A stretch of 18,330 nucleotides of DNA, taken from NCBI GenBank assembly GCA_030747675.1, contig JASLKH010000037.1, positions 1 to 18,330 on the forward strand, given 5' to 3'. This document shows, piece after piece, positions 7,380 to 14,891 of the stretch. The translations under genes were made by a program, and so were the position numbers. The notes under the pieces were generated by a model. That model saw nothing but the letters and a program-made list of their open reading frames with translations. It was not told where the DNA came from and did no database searches. Each line of letters starts with the position of its first letter. Position 1 is the first letter of the stretch. This DNA is from Candidatus Thalassarchaeaceae archaeon. Its GTDB lineage: Archaea; Thermoplasmatota; Poseidoniia; Poseidoniales; Thalassarchaeaceae.

Positions 7380-7937
7380 TCACTCTGTGATGTCTTCATT
7401 CAATGAGTTGAATTTGTTTTGCTGTATTGTGCGTCGCTCACGATCCTTTTCATTTAACCAGGCTTCTCGAGAAGGCATTCTATGTTCTGTCCCTGCCGAT
7501 GTTGATTGAGCTCGCATTTCAATTAACCTCCGGAATGCTTGTTTGTAGTCATCAGCACGCTTTTCCCAATTTGCGGCTGGCCACCCACAATCCCAACGGC
7601 TCGAGTCAAACGTGTTTTGTTCAATCCAAGATCCACAACGAAGATTGTAACATCGTGCTCTTTCATTGTCACCTTCAACCCAAAAAGATCGCTCTTCACA
7701 AACTGGACAGGGGTTGCGATCAAATTCAGCGAGTATGAATTGACCATCTTCACCCACATAGTCGATTTCCCACACGGTTATATTTCCACTAACAATATCT
7801 GTTTCACCAGCTTTTGCGAGAAATGCTCTCAATACATCCCATGCATCTTCCTCTTTTGAGAATACACCGAGCGTTGTTTCAGAACCACCTGGGGTTGCTA
7901 CAATGGGGGCGAATACTTGCTTCAAGACGCCCTCCAT
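7380..7937 (-). CDS. Hypothetical protein with a C-x2-C-x15-C-x4-C zinc ribbon
   Basis: PCPVCEERSFWVEGDNERARCYNLRCGSW. Start uncertain: ATG 7937 avoids overlap, while 8039 would overlap the upstream gene by 65 nt. Confidence 0.75.
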   Translation of the reverse strand: MEGVLKQVFAPIVATPGGSETTLGVFSKEEDAWDVLRAFLAKAGETDIVSGNITVWEIDYVGEDGQFILAEFDRNPCPVCEERSFWVEGDNERARCYNLRCGSWIEQNTFDSSRWDCGWPAANWEKRADDYKQAFRRLIEMRAQSTSAGTEHRMPSREAWLNEKDRERRTIQQNKFNSLNEDITE

Positions 7938-7974
7938 GAGTGCGCCAGTAGTTGAAAGGTGAAATAACCCTCCG

Positions 7975-8235
7975 CTAGGATTGGTGCATAGCCAATGTTT
8001 CTGCCATGCGTTCGGGGGTTGCCGCTCTAACAACGGCAATTGGCTTTTCTTCCAGTATTAAAATGGCATAAGGGAGAACATCGATACTTGCCGTAAGAAT
8101 TGGATTTTCCTTCAATATTTTACTGGCATCAATTCTAGGCAGCCATTCAATATTTTCTTCCTTTCCAAGCAACGCTTCAAGTTCAATACAATGCAAGCAA
8201 TCATCATCTGTTATGATAGTCCACTTATGCCCCAT
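7975..8235 (-). CDS. Small thioredoxin/glutaredoxin-fold-like CxxC protein, 86 aa
   Basis: From ATG 8235: MGHKWTIITDDDCLHC...IDVLPYAILI..., i.e. beta strand, CxxC, helix, then a later xP followed by a strand, as in Trx folds. The upstream part of the track ORF is antisense to the peroxiredoxin. Confidence 0.65.
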   Translation of the reverse strand: MGHKWTIITDDDCLHCIELEALLGKEENIEWLPRIDASKILKENPILTASIDVLPYAILILEEKPIAVVRAATPERMAETLAMHQS

Positions 8236-8242
8236 TGTGTTG

Positions 8243-8282
8243 TGGTAAAAGGCACACATTCTTAGGTCAGTCGCTTTTACCA
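8243..8282. promoter_or_regulatory. 9-bp inverted repeat TGGTAAAAG-N22-CTTTTACCA in the 53-bp divergent intergenic region
   Basis: Arms at 8243-8251 and 8274-8282 are perfect reverse complements. A regulatory role is inferred. Confidence 0.5.
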
Positions 8283-8288
8283 TTAGGC

Positions 8289-8753
8289 ATGGTTGAAGTT
8301 GGTAATGATGCACCTGATTTTTCACTTTGTGATCAAGATAACAATATAGTGACTTGTTCAGAACACCATGGCAAAAGAATTGTTTTGGCTTTTTTCCCTG
8401 CTGCATTTACTGGAATTTGCACAACTGAGATGTGCACATTCCAAAACAATTTATCAAAATTAAATGCAGTTAATGCCGCTGTATTTGGGATATGTTCGGA
8501 TTCCAGATTCGCCAATAAGGCGTTTGCAGATCAGAATGGAATTACTTTCCCCATCCTTTCAGATTATTCTAGAAAAACAATAGAAGATTACGAAATTGCT
8601 CTGTACGACTTTGCAGGAATGCCAGGTTATACTGCTAGTGAAAGAGCGGTTTTCATCATAGATGAAGATGGTAAAATAATGTGGAAATGGGTGGGGGAAA
8701 ATCCAGGGAAGCAGCCAGATTATGATACAGTATTATCTAAATTAGGGGTTTAG
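8289..8753 (+). CDS. Peroxiredoxin (AhpC/TSA family, AhpE/PrxQ-like)
   Basis: MVEVGNDAPDF start, FFPAAFTGICTTEMC (PxxxTxxC with a second Cys 5 residues on), and ERAVFIID with the conserved Arg. Start moved to ATG 8289. Confidence 0.93.
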   Translation: MVEVGNDAPDFSLCDQDNNIVTCSEHHGKRIVLAFFPAAFTGICTTEMCTFQNNLSKLNAVNAAVFGICSDSRFANKAFADQNGITFPILSDYSRKTIEDYEIALYDFAGMPGYTASERAVFIIDEDGKIMWKWVGENPGKQPDYDTVLSKLGV

Positions 8754-9118
8754 AAAGTTGAGCCCTCAGGCCAAAACATCTCTACTAAAGCAAGCCCGCC
8801 ATCATGAGGCATGGGTGCATCCGGCTTTTCGATTCTTACTTTAATCGTTCCAACGTTCAAATGACCAGATATAATTTCAATAATTTGCTGGCACAGTGTT
8901 TCCATCATGTGGACTGAATCACCGCGCGCTATGACGTCATGAGCCGTGCGTTGTAGAAATCCATAATCAACACTTGAATCTAACTCATCATTCGCTGCAG
9001 GACTTTTTAATTTGACCCAAATACTGACAATGAAAGGTTGAAATTTCTCGCGTTCGAAATCAAAAACACCATGCTTCCCCTTAATTTTGAAGTTCTCTAC
9101 AGCAATTATAGTACTCAT
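8750..9118 (-). CDS. folB: Dihydroneopterin aldolase, bacterial FolB type
   Basis: GKHGVFDFE, SVDY, MMETL and EKP carry the FolB T-fold Glu/Tyr/Glu/Lys positions. Confidence 0.88.
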   Translation of the reverse strand: MSTIIAVENFKIKGKHGVFDFEREKFQPFIVSIWVKLKSPAANDELDSSVDYGFLQRTAHDVIARGDSVHMMETLCQQIIEIISGHLNVGTIKVRIEKPDAPMPHDGGLALVEMFWPEGSTF

Positions 9119-9126
9119 GATTCCAC

Positions 9127-9423
9127 CTATTCTTCACGTTCATGAACCCAAATAATATGATATCCAAATTCGGTTTTAACAAATCGGTCAACTTCCTTCA
9201 AAGGTTGTTCAAAGCAGGCAGCACTGAATGCCGGCACCATTTCCCTTTCATGGAACCAACCGAGATCCCCTCCCCTTTGCCCACTAGGGCATTTGGAGTA
9301 TTTTTTAGCAGCCTTTTGAAATACTTTCAAAGGTTTTTTTGCAGTATTTATTTCACTCAATATTCGTTTAGCATCTGATTTCTGTCGGAGTAATATGTGA
9401 CTCGCATGTGCACGTTTTTCCAA
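9127..9423 (-). CDS. ppiC: Parvulin-type peptidyl-prolyl cis-trans isomerase (Par10/PpiC-like), 98 aa
   Basis: ASHILL, YSKCPSGQRGGDLGWF, MVPAF, TEFGYHII. Start moved to TTG 9423 behind AGGTGG, which removes the overlap with the M28 gene; ATG 9447 is the alternative. Confidence 0.92.
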   Translation of the reverse strand: MEKRAHASHILLRQKSDAKRILSEINTAKKPLKVFQKAAKKYSKCPSGQRGGDLGWFHEREMVPAFSAACFEQPLKEVDRFVKTEFGYHIIWVHEREE

Positions 9424-9431
9424 GATACCAC

Positions 9432-11165
9432 CTACCAGGATAACCATGCAGCATATGTTCCATAGATAATGCCGCTAACAGCTAATGATTCTTCATTGAA
9501 TCGATCCATGTCGTCGTGGAATGTATGGTATTCCCATGACCCCGATCCATAGCAAACAATTGCACGTCCCGGATCGTCTCCTTCTTCTCGTTGTATGTCA
9601 TAAACAAATGGCCCATGGTCGCTGTTGTATGGCATCCCATCGGGCCCATTTTTCGGCCCGTCTAAAGTATCAACATTGATGTTATATTTGTCCGCAAGAC
9701 CCATTGGGTTTTCACTTTCAAAAGTATTAACAATTCCTCGAATGTGTTTTGTATCTCTCGCATCATTTCCAAACATCCACAATCCGTTTCCTCGGTTTTC
9801 TAAATCAATATCAACATGATTCATGTCAAGGTTGATGTAAAGTCGGAGATTTTCTTGGAGTGATGGTTGGTATTGGCTAACATATGCTTTTGAACCATGT
9901 AAACCCTCTTCTTCTCCTCCCCATGTGCAGAATTTGATTGTGTACTTCGGTTCACCAAGTTCCTCGCCGAGTTTTGCAAACTGACGAGCAAGTTCCAATA
10001 CTGTTGCAGTTCCGGAAGTATCGTCAACCGCACCAGGGCCACTATACACAGTATCATGATGTCCACCGAAAATGATTTCCTCTTCAGTCTCACCAGGCAA
10101 TACTCCGCAAGGCACCCGCACATTTCGGTCACCTTGATTATCAACATCAGTGTACAAAGCGATCAAATCATCGCCATTTCCAACACGGTCAAGGATGTCA
10201 TTACCGACATTATCACTAACCATGATGAATGGAATACCGTCTGGAAAATTCTCGAACCTAGATGTGTCAACGGATTTGAAGTAGGGAACACATCGCCCAT
10301 TTTCACCAGGAATTTTGCAATTGTTCGGTGGGTTTTCAGGATCAGGTGCGTAGGTGACAAGGATCAGTCCTGCAAGATCATTTGCTTGTGCAAGTAGGAA
10401 TATGTCGGTATTACTCGTAACTCCACCTTGGCCATACACCAGACCTATGGTGTGTGCTGCATTTGACCAATTTTGCTCAGCACTTCCATTTCCTAAATCA
10501 GTCACTCCTGTTTGGTCTTGATATCGAATATCTGCAGTGCCACTGTAACCTTGTATAACAAATTCTTCACGATGAACAAATTCAGTTTCCGAACCACCAG
10601 CAATTAGATCAGGTGGGCTACAGGGTGCCAATCCACCCAATGGCGAGTTACCTGGTGAGCAGATTGAAAGTCTCGGTTCATCTTGGATTTCGAACATTGG
10701 AACTGCAAAACTATCCATTGTCGCTGATAGGCCGAAAGATGTGAAGTTATCAAAATTCGATTGAGCCGCATTGTGTTCTTCCTGAGTCCCTGACATTCTC
10801 CCTTGCCATTGAGGGTGACCTAATGCAACTAAACCCTCTGCGAAAGCACGTGCTTGTGTGGGGTCAAAATCAATCAAATCATATGATGGCTCGCCTTCGA
10901 AAATAGATAATATTTCATCACTATAGATGAATGCAGATACTGAACCCCCAATGAGGAGTACGGCAACAACCGCAATAACGGGAGTCGTTGCCCATGGGAA
11001 TTTGTTTTGAAATCGCTCTAATCCGGCTAATTCAGTCCCGATTAGTCCTGATGAATCAGATTCAATTAATCTGGAAATTCTCTCTTTTTTATTACCTGAA
11101 GAAACTAAACCTCTCTGTTTGAGCATTTCTGCTAACTCAGATGAAGTGTGGTCTTCGTAAGCCAT
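9432..11165 (-). CDS. M28-family metallopeptidase with N-terminal SAP-like domain, TM helix and PA-like insert, 577 aa
   Basis: Metal/catalytic motifs GGHHDT, GAVDDTSG, WGGEEEGLHGS, INLDM and YHTFHD. N-terminal TSSELAEMLKQRGLVSSGNKKERISRL is SAP-like; TM at about aa 62-81. Start moved to ATG 11165. Confidence 0.9.
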   Translation of the reverse strand: MAYEDHTSSELAEMLKQRGLVSSGNKKERISRLIESDSSGLIGTELAGLERFQNKFPWATTPVIAVVAVLLIGGSVSAFIYSDEILSIFEGEPSYDLIDFDPTQARAFAEGLVALGHPQWQGRMSGTQEEHNAAQSNFDNFTSFGLSATMDSFAVPMFEIQDEPRLSICSPGNSPLGGLAPCSPPDLIAGGSETEFVHREEFVIQGYSGTADIRYQDQTGVTDLGNGSAEQNWSNAAHTIGLVYGQGGVTSNTDIFLLAQANDLAGLILVTYAPDPENPPNNCKIPGENGRCVPYFKSVDTSRFENFPDGIPFIMVSDNVGNDILDRVGNGDDLIALYTDVDNQGDRNVRVPCGVLPGETEEEIIFGGHHDTVYSGPGAVDDTSGTATVLELARQFAKLGEELGEPKYTIKFCTWGGEEEGLHGSKAYVSQYQPSLQENLRLYINLDMNHVDIDLENRGNGLWMFGNDARDTKHIRGIVNTFESENPMGLADKYNINVDTLDGPKNGPDGMPYNSDHGPFVYDIQREEGDDPGRAIVCYGSGSWEYHTFHDDMDRFNEESLAVSGIIYGTYAAWLSW

Positions 11166-11219
11166 AATTCTCTCTTCCTGTAAATTGCGTACGCGTTTGG
11201 CATTATTCAAGTCGTGGGT

Positions 11220-11792
11220 CTATTGGACCTCTTCACCTGTCCAACGTGCACCTAATTCGTGTTCAATTCCCATTTGGTCAAGGATTCGAGCGACAACGAA
11301 GTCTACCAAATCTTCGATATTAGTGGGTTTGTTATAGAAACCAGGGCTTGCTGGAAGGACAACAACTCCCCAATTTGACAATTTTGTCATGTTCTCTAAA
11401 TGTACTGTCGCATAGGGTGACTCTCGAGGGACAACAATAAGTGGCCGTCGCTCTTTTAGAGCGACAAGTGCTGAACGAGTGACGAGGTTGTCAGATATCC
11501 CAGTAGCTATTTTGCTAATGGTTGTTCCACTTGCGGGACAGATTACGTAATGATCAATCTTGGCAGAACCAGATGCAGACCTAGCTGCGAGGTTGTCATT
11601 ATTTTCGAGGGACACACCAGGAAGTTCTGACAAATCAGCCGCAGTCATACTTAATTCTAGATTGAGGTTTATCTCTCCTTCTCTTGTGACAATGAGAAGA
11701 ACTTTCCACCCCGAATTTGATAATGCACGTAGTAATCGTTCTGCATAAAGAGCGCCGGATGCACCAGTTATTGCAACAACAGCCTCTGGCAT
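11220..11792 (-). CDS. ubiX: Flavin prenyltransferase UbiX
   Basis: AITGASGA, ASGS, CPASGTT, DNLVTRSA-VALKERRPL, RESP, PASPGFY, DFVVARILD. Confidence 0.95.
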   Translation of the reverse strand: MPEAVVAITGASGALYAERLLRALSNSGWKVLLIVTREGEINLNLELSMTAADLSELPGVSLENNDNLAARSASGSAKIDHYVICPASGTTISKIATGISDNLVTRSALVALKERRPLIVVPRESPYATVHLENMTKLSNWGVVVLPASPGFYNKPTNIEDLVDFVVARILDQMGIEHELGARWTGEEVQ

Positions 11793-11801
11793 AATGCTGC
11801 C

Positions 11802-12923
11802 TCAAGCATTTCCTTCTTGAATGCTTGTCAGGAATTGTGACAGGACAGGCATCGCATTGGTAAATTCTCCACTGTCTCCACCCCATGCGACACGAAGATA
11901 GTTCTTCAGATCTGCATGGAACATACCTCCTGGCGTTGCTAGAAGCCCCAGTGGTTTACCGTATTGATGCATAGCCTCAACAGCATCAGTATCAATAGAA
12001 AAAGCGCCAAAAATACCGAATGGAGGTGGATTCCAATCAATTCCATGTTTTTTGAGAACCTCGAGTAATTTCGGTAAATTGTTCTCTCTTGCAACCCAAA
12101 TGGCATCCAACGCCTTGTCCAAATTATTGAATACAGCACCTGCGATAGAAACTGAGGGCGAACTAGCCATTCCTTGCATATTTTGGAATGCATGCTTTGC
12201 ATTCTCGATAATTTTAGGTGCCCCGAGAATCCATCCAAATCGAAGTGGTCCAAGTCCGTAAGTCTTTGTTAGAGAGTTCACAGAAACTGCATTATCGGAC
12301 TTTAAATACATCGGCCTATAGAATTCTGTACCTTTTGCTGCATCAAGATATACCTCGTCAGAAACAATGTTCACACCCGCTTTTTTTGTAACATCAACTA
12401 GCCAATCTTGGTCCTCTTCTGAAATCATCTCTCCAGTTGGGTTCATAACTGGTGTAAGTGCAATTACACCGACTTTTGGTAGAATATCCATGACCTCGTC
12501 ACGATTTAATTTCCATATACCGGGATTTGGTCCGCGACTGAAGGGAATAACTTCACAACCGATTAACCGTGCTGATTGTGATACAACTGCGAAAGAAGGC
12601 ATCTCTACACCAACTACTCTCGGCCCATCTTCGGGTAGGGCTGCTAGTATTGCCAACGATATTGCTTGGCAAGCGCCGTGTGCAATACAGACTTGCCTCA
12701 ATTCCACATTGTGGCGCTCTGCTACCCATTTCGCTGGATCATCACCACTTTTCCAGAATCCTAGTAATTCTTTGGAACTTAATTCAAAATCCCAGTCATA
12801 TGCAAATCCGGATTGAGAAAGGTCGTGTGGCCGATTTTCTTGCAGTCGTGGGACGTACCAAGAAAGGTAATCTACAGGCGGTATTTGATTTCCACTAACC
12901 GGGCCACCTAGCCGCGGCTCCAC
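11802..12923 (-). CDS. PLP-dependent aminotransferase, class I/II fold
   Basis: NPTG, SDEVY, SLTKTYGLGPLRFGW (PLP lysine) and YLRV near the C-terminus. Substrate not assignable. Confidence 0.9.
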   Translation of the reverse strand: MEPRLGGPVSGNQIPPVDYLSWYVPRLQENRPHDLSQSGFAYDWDFELSSKELLGFWKSGDDPAKWVAERHNVELRQVCIAHGACQAISLAILAALPEDGPRVVGVEMPSFAVVSQSARLIGCEVIPFSRGPNPGIWKLNRDEVMDILPKVGVIALTPVMNPTGEMISEEDQDWLVDVTKKAGVNIVSDEVYLDAAKGTEFYRPMYLKSDNAVSVNSLTKTYGLGPLRFGWILGAPKIIENAKHAFQNMQGMASSPSVSIAGAVFNNLDKALDAIWVARENNLPKLLEVLKKHGIDWNPPPFGIFGAFSIDTDAVEAMHQYGKPLGLLATPGGMFHADLKNYLRVAWGGDSGEFTNAMPVLSQFLTSIQEGNA

Positions 12924-12927
12924 ATTA

Positions 12928-13668
12928 TCACCGACGATTTATTTTGGCTAATAGACGCAACATTTCAAGATATATCCATACAACGGTTACAAGCAACCCG
13001 AAAACTGCTCTCCATTCGAGATTTTTCGGGGCACCATTTTCAACTCCTCTTTCGATGAAATCAAAATCTGCAGCGAGACAAAGAGCACCAAGTCCAATGA
13101 CGAACAACGAGAATCCAATTCCAATTGGGCCACTACCATGAATATAGGGTATTTTAGGGCCACTAACTAGTGTGAATATGATCGTAATCATGTAAACAAG
13201 GAATACTGCAGACATGGCACTGAAGAGAGCGATTCTGAAATTTTCATTGACATTGATAACCCCCATCCGATAAATGACCAGCATGCCGCCGAATACTGCG
13301 GCAGTCAACATGAATGCTTGAATTGCGATTCCAGGATATGCTACCTCGAATAATGTGGTAATACCACCAAGAAATAGGCCTTCTAAAGCTGCATAAGTTA
13401 GAACAGCGATAGGATTCTCAGCCAATCCAGTGAAAAGCATCACAAAGAAGAAGATGAAACCTGCGACCCACCCCACAATGCTCAGAGTAAATGCCAATTG
13501 AGTATTTCCCGTTTTGAATAGACCAAAAACCGAAATCCCACTGAGCATCAATACAAAGAAAGTAATCAGCCCCTTTTCGGCCACTCCCTCGATAGTCATC
13601 TTGTTATTTACATTTACTTTGGAATTGAAAACAGAATCATTCAATGCCGGGTTACTTGTCCTGTACAT
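12928..13668 (-). CDS. Bax inhibitor-1/YccA-family membrane protein
   Basis: MYRTSNPAL start, YAALEGLFLGGI, LAADFDFIE and GLLVTVVWIYLEMLRLL, with about 7 hydrophobic segments. Start moved to ATG 13668. Confidence 0.88.
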   Translation of the reverse strand: MYRTSNPALNDSVFNSKVNVNNKMTIEGVAEKGLITFFVLMLSGISVFGLFKTGNTQLAFTLSIVGWVAGFIFFFVMLFTGLAENPIAVLTYAALEGLFLGGITTLFEVAYPGIAIQAFMLTAAVFGGMLVIYRMGVINVNENFRIALFSAMSAVFLVYMITIIFTLVSGPKIPYIHGSGPIGIGFSLFVIGLGALCLAADFDFIERGVENGAPKNLEWRAVFGLLVTVVWIYLEMLRLLAKINRR

Positions 13669-13693
13669 TATAATCGCCAACAAGTACAGGTTC

Positions 13694-14338
13694 TCAAGAC
13701 TTCGCATGAATCCTGTTCAAATTGGTTTGAATTGTAGAGATTAGTGCCCCTTCAAGATCATCTCGTGTCAAATTCGGGTGATTTAGTGCGGCTAATGATG
13801 TAGTTAATCCATTTTCTAAACCACACCCTTGTAGTCCCTCTACCCTTCCTGGGTTTGTTGCATAATTGATGGTGAAACCATGCCTAGAAACCCATCGCAT
13901 GAATGATAATCCTACGGAACCAACCTTGTAATCATTTAACCAAATACCTTGCATTCTTTCATCGGTATTGGCCTCAATATCTATTTTGTTAAGCGCCGCA
14001 ATTGCCCATTTCTCCAATTTCGAAGTGATTTTTTTGACATTACTTTCTTCTTCTAAATCCCATTTGAAAATTGGATACACCACTAATTGTCCAGGGCCAT
14101 GATAAGTTATCCCCCCTCCACGATCAACCTCAGAAGTTTTGTAACTTTTAGGAATTGAAATATTTTCTCTTCGCGCTTTTGGACCAATTGTCACGATTTC
14201 AGGATGTTCTACAAAAATTAGGGTATCATCAATTTGTTCATCCAATCTTGCATTTTGCAATCGCCGCATTTTTTCATCAATTTCGCTGTGAGATACGATG
14301 CCGAGACGCAGAATCTTGACTATTCTGGGCTCTGCCAT
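13694..14338 (-). CDS. lipB: Lipoyl(octanoyl) transferase LipB
   Basis: VEHPEIVTIG, DRGGGITYHGPGQLVVYPI, GIW, KVGSVG, HGFTIN and GCG (catalytic Cys position). Confidence 0.93.
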   Translation of the reverse strand: MAEPRIVKILRLGIVSHSEIDEKMRRLQNARLDEQIDDTLIFVEHPEIVTIGPKARRENISIPKSYKTSEVDRGGGITYHGPGQLVVYPIFKWDLEEESNVKKITSKLEKWAIAALNKIDIEANTDERMQGIWLNDYKVGSVGLSFMRWVSRHGFTINYATNPGRVEGLQGCGLENGLTTSLAALNHPNLTRDDLEGALISTIQTNLNRIHAKS

Positions 14339-14447
14339 GTCACTCCGAACTACTCATCGAACTTCGGTGTTATGTTGTGGGCTTCTGAAGAATGGTTTCA
14401 AGAAGGTAGACTACAGGCAAGTAGACATGCTTCCCGACACATTGCAT

Positions 14448-14885
14448 ATGTTCGACAAACAAGACCGCAAGGCATACTGCCGGGTGTTAGCGGCAGTTGC
14501 ACTAGCAGATGGACGGGTGACATTAGAGGAAATGGCCAATTATGAGTCGAGAATGGGCATGGCTTTGCTCACTTCTGAGGAGCGCACAATGTTGCGTCAA
14601 GAATTGAAAAGAGGTCGCGCTTTCCTTGATGCTGCAGATGACATGCATCCAGCACATTTACGGGTTGCTTTACGAGATGCTTTACTAATGGCTGCAGCAG
14701 ATGGTCACTATGACTCTAGAGAGATGGATGTGGTGAAAAAATTAGCCGAAAAGGCAGCATTTTCTGAATCCGATCTAGAAGCTCTTTATGATTGGATTGA
14801 CCAAGGATGGGAATGGATGCGGGCCGGCCGGAGAGTTCTTGCATTACCTGAAGAAGTTCACCATTGGGGAACAGTTTACGATTGA
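14448..14885 (+). CDS. TerB-like family protein
   Basis: Two ADG motifs with acidic followers (VALADGRVTLEE; MAAADGHYDSRE), typical of the TerB/DjlA-N helical fold. Start ATG 14448 or 14427; the 14298 start overlaps lipB head-to-head. Confidence 0.78.
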   Translation: MFDKQDRKAYCRVLAAVALADGRVTLEEMANYESRMGMALLTSEERTMLRQELKRGRAFLDAADDMHPAHLRVALRDALLMAAADGHYDSREMDVVKKLAEKAAFSESDLEALYDWIDQGWEWMRAGRRVLALPEEVHHWGTVYD

Positions 14886-14891
14886 ATTTCT

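Noticed and set aside
11187-11194. 8-bp palindrome GCGTACGC upstream of the M28 gene
   Set aside because: Too short to exceed chance in 18 kb and it does not extend.
14406-14426. GTAGAC direct repeat in the lipB/TerB divergent spacer
   Set aside because: Only two 6-mers with no other support.
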